The position numbers and the translations under genes are program-made. A stretch of DNA of 64,000 bases from an uncultured Gemmatimonadales bacterium (GTDB lineage Bacteria > Gemmatimonadota > Gemmatimonadetes > Gemmatimonadales > GWC2-71-9): positions 64,001 to 128,000 of the forward strand of contig CAVSLV010000002.1 of assembly GCA_963728915.1 (NCBI GenBank). The letters are read 5' to 3'. Within the stretch, counting starts at the first letter, position 1. Every line of letters begins with the position of its first letter. The notes under the pieces are model-generated. The model was not told the origin of the DNA. It saw nothing but the letters and a program-made list of their open reading frames with translations, and did no database searches. Of this stretch, positions 61,176 through 64,000 are shown piece by piece.

Positions 61176-63509
61176 ATGCGCCGCCGCCCCCTGGCTGCCC
61201 TGACCAGCATCGTCACTGCTACCGCCCTGCACGCCCAGACTACCCCGCGACCGACAATCGAGCAGTTCCTTTCTCCCGCCTCGCCGCTCGAGCTCGCCAC
61301 GGCGGCCAGGGCAGACGTGGTGGCCTGGGTCACCTACGAGAAGGGGATGCGGAACGTCTATGTCGCGCGGGGGCCGGAGTGGAAACCGCTCCGAATCACC
61401 CGGTTCCTGAAGGACGACGGGGTGGACGTGGGATCGGTCGAGCTGTCGGACGACGGCAGCATGGCGATTTTCGTGCGGGGACACGGCCAGAACCGGGCCG
61501 GCTGGGTGGCGAATCCGTCGCACGATCCCGATGGCGCCGATCGCGCGGTCTGGGCAGCGCGCACCGATGGGATGGGGACCTGGCGGCTCGCCTCGCTCGC
61601 CAACACCGAGCCCGCCACCGGCGGCCAGTTTTTCAGAGGCGGCGGGTCGCCCGAGCTTTCGCCCAACGGCCGCTATGTCGTCTTCGTGCGGGACGGGCAG
61701 ATCTATCGCGCCAGCACCATGGCCGGTCCCAAGACGGCGATGGACACCGCCGGGGTTCCCTTCATCAAGGAGTGGGGCCGCCAGGTGAATCCGGTCTGGA
61801 GTCCGGACGGGACCAAGCTCGCCTTCGTGAGTCTCCGGGAGAACCACTCGTTCATCGGCGTGTACGACATGGCGACCCGGACGGTGGATTTCATCGCGCC
61901 GAGCACCGACTTCGATTCGAGTCCGGTCTGGTCGGCCGATGGGAAGCGGATCGCCTTCGTTCGGAAACCGGGCACGCCGTTCGGCCAGCAGGTGGTGACG
62001 ACGCCGAGCCCGTTCGGCCAGACCGCTCCCACCCAGGGTCGTGGCGCGCAGCAGGCGAGCGGCTGCCGGCCGCCCCAGGGCGGCGGGTTCGGCGGGGGCG
62101 GATTCTTCCAGCCCGACACCATGCCGCAGCCCCCGGCCGACGGTCTCTGCCGCGCCGCCTTCGCCGGCGGGTACACCGTGTCATTCTGGGTGGGCGATGT
62201 CGCCACCCACGGCGCAAAGGAATTCTGGCATAACACGCCGGGCGACCGGACCTTCTCGACCGTCAACCAGATAGCCTGGGCCGGCGACCGGGTGGTCTTC
62301 ACCGCCCAGGTTCCCAAGGACGAGTGGGACCGCTACTTCAGCGTGAGCATCGAGCACGCCGAGACCGAGCCGGTGCTCCTCACCACGACCGACGGGCTCA
62401 TCAACGACGGGGTGGCCGATCGCACCTTCACGACGACGTCCCTTTCCCGGGACGGCAAGACGATGTTCTACGCGACCAACGCCACCGACATCGAGAAGCG
62501 GCACGTGTGGGCGGTGCCGGTCGCCGGTGGCACGCCGGTCCGGATCTCGACCGGCTACGGGGTGGAGGTGTCTCCCACCCCGGTCGGGATGGGAAAGACG
62601 CTCGCGGTCCTGTTCTTCGACGCGTCCCAGCCGGCCTCGATCGGCCTGGTGCCGGCGGCGGGCGGAGCGCCGAAGATCATCTATCCCGTGTTAGGGCCGA
62701 ATTTCCCGAAAGCCGCGCACGTCACCCCGGAGATCGTGATCACCCACGCGCCCGACGGCGTCGAGGTCCACAACCAGCTCTTCCTGCCCAGGGACCTGAA
62801 GCCGGGCGAGCGACGACCCGCGATCGTGTTCGTGCACGGCGGCCCCCAGCGCCAGATGCTGCCGGCCTATCACTACATGCAGTTCTATCACTGGGCCTAC
62901 GCCTACAACCAGTGGCTCCAGAGCCAGGGCTACGTGGTGCTCTCGGTGAACTACCGGCTGGGGATCGGCTACGGCAATTCCTTCCGGCGCGCCGAGAAGA
63001 CCCGAACCCAGGGGAACGCCGAGTACCAGGATGTGCTCGCCGGGGCCAAGTACCTCCAGACCCGCGCCGACGTGGATCCCGCCCGGGTCGGGATCTGGGG
63101 TCTTTCCTACGGCGGGCTCCTCACCGCCGAGGCACTGGCCCGGAATTCCGACGTGTTCGTGGCCGGGGTGGACCTGGCCGGTGTCCATATATATGGAAGC
63201 GCCAGCGACACCACGAGCCTGGCCTTCCGCTCCTCGGCGGTGGGCGCGATCGACGGGTGGAAGTCGCCGGTGTTCCTGGAGCAGGGCGATGACGACCGGA
63301 ACGTGGATTTCTCCCAGACCGTCGGGCTGGTGAGCCTGCTCCGGGCCAAAGGGGTGTACTACGAGCTGATGGTCATCCCGGACGACGTGCACGAGTCGCT
63401 GCTCCACTCCCGCTGGCTCGACATCTTCGCGCGGAGCGGAGACTTCCTCCATCGCTTTGTGTGGGAGAAGCAGACGCCCCCCACCACCGTAAGCAGCGGC
63501 GGGAGGTAA
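61176..63509 (+). CDS. S9 prolyl oligopeptidase / dipeptidyl peptidase
   Basis: Signal peptide, PD40-like WSPDG repeats, FVHGGP, GIWGLSYGG, QGDDDRNV, DDVH. Confidence 0.92.
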   Translation: MRRRPLAALTSIVTATALHAQTTPRPTIEQFLSPASPLELATAARADVVAWVTYEKGMRNVYVARGPEWKPLRITRFLKDDGVDVGSVELSDDGSMAIFVRGHGQNRAGWVANPSHDPDGADRAVWAARTDGMGTWRLASLANTEPATGGQFFRGGGSPELSPNGRYVVFVRDGQIYRASTMAGPKTAMDTAGVPFIKEWGRQVNPVWSPDGTKLAFVSLRENHSFIGVYDMATRTVDFIAPSTDFDSSPVWSADGKRIAFVRKPGTPFGQQVVTTPSPFGQTAPTQGRGAQQASGCRPPQGGGFGGGGFFQPDTMPQPPADGLCRAAFAGGYTVSFWVGDVATHGAKEFWHNTPGDRTFSTVNQIAWAGDRVVFTAQVPKDEWDRYFSVSIEHAETEPVLLTTTDGLINDGVADRTFTTTSLSRDGKTMFYATNATDIEKRHVWAVPVAGGTPVRISTGYGVEVSPTPVGMGKTLAVLFFDASQPASIGLVPAAGGAPKIIYPVLGPNFPKAAHVTPEIVITHAPDGVEVHNQLFLPRDLKPGERRPAIVFVHGGPQRQMLPAYHYMQFYHWAYAYNQWLQSQGYVVLSVNYRLGIGYGNSFRRAEKTRTQGNAEYQDVLAGAKYLQTRADVDPARVGIWGLSYGGLLTAEALARNSDVFVAGVDLAGVHIYGSASDTTSLAFRSSAVGAIDGWKSPVFLEQGDDDRNVDFSQTVGLVSLLRAKGVYYELMVIPDDVHESLLHSRWLDIFARSGDFLHRFVWEKQTPPTTVSSGGR

Positions 63510-63515
63510 CCGCAG

Positions 63516-64000
63516 ATGCAACGGCGCGACTTTCTGGAGACGCTCTCCCGCGGCGCATCCGCGATGTGGGTCGGCGTCAATCTCCGGGACCTGTTCGCCG
63601 CGGGGACCTGGGCCGCGGCCAGGGCTCCCGACGCGCCCTGGGAATTCTTCTCCCCGGAACAGGCCACCCTGATGGACGCCATCTCGGCCACGCTGGTTCC
63701 AACCACGGAAACGCCGGGGGCTCGCGAAGCCCACGTGGTCCAATTCATCGACCACTCGCTGGCCACGTTCATGCAGGAGCGCCAGAAGCGGTTCACCGAT
63801 GCGCTGGCGAATTTCACCGAGTTCGTCTCGCAGAGCCGCCCCGGGGGCAAGCCGTTCGCCGAGCTTCCCGAGGAAGACCAGATCGCCGTGATGGGCGAGT
63901 ACGAGAAGAAGAACCCGCAGCCATTCAATCTCCTGCGTACCTCCACCATGATGGGGATGTTCTGTCATCCGCAACATGGCGGCAACTATCAGAAGGTCGG
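63516..64000 (+). CDS. Gluconate 2-dehydrogenase subunit 3-family protein, Tat-exported; partial
   Basis: Translated by hand: MQRRDFL (twin arginine)...FFSPEQA..LVPTTETPGAREAHVVQFID...GMFCHPQHGGN. Confidence 0.8.
   Translation, partial: MQRRDFLETLSRGASAMWVGVNLRDLFAAGTWAAARAPDAPWEFFSPEQATLMDAISATLVPTTETPGAREAHVVQFIDHSLATFMQERQKRFTDALANFTEFVSQSRPGGKPFAELPEEDQIAVMGEYEKKNPQPFNLLRTSTMMGMFCHPQHGGNYQKV

Noticed and set aside
1..64000. rRNA, tRNA, integrase, transposase or prophage genes
   Set aside because: None recognised. Nearly all sequence is accounted for by protein genes, and the intergenic gaps are short.

Overview
High-GC (about 68%, estimated by eye) bacterial chromosome segment. Gene content and style suggest Gemmatimonadota (inference). 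It holds about 52 genes, mostly on the minus strand and often translationally coupled by ATGA/GTGA overlaps. 1-36 kb: an ECF sigma/anti-sigma/TolC-ABC-MFP envelope module, cardiolipin synthase, a nth-polX repair operon, many secreted peptidases and amidohydrolases, a desaturase and a pirin. 36-58 kb looks like an accessory lipid locus. One arm is an RND efflux pump, a roughly 3,100-aa iterative type I PKS/FAS (KS-KS-AT-KS-ACP-ACP-KR-DH), a FabI-like reductase and an Sfp-type PPTase. The divergent arm is an FHA-FHA-lipase/acyltransferase, an MBL hydrolase, a Ser/Thr kinase and a DAK2-DegV fusion. Both ACPs have Thr rather than Ser at the phosphopantetheine site. Other highlights: a promoter-delimited, highly structured ~160-nt leader RNA at 26067-26226, a recurrent CGGGTTAGG motif inside genes, and a REP-like palindrome. 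Many genes are broken by single-base frameshifts, most likely assembly indel errors, so their coordinates are reconstructed. I saw no rRNA, tRNA, CRISPR array or transposase.
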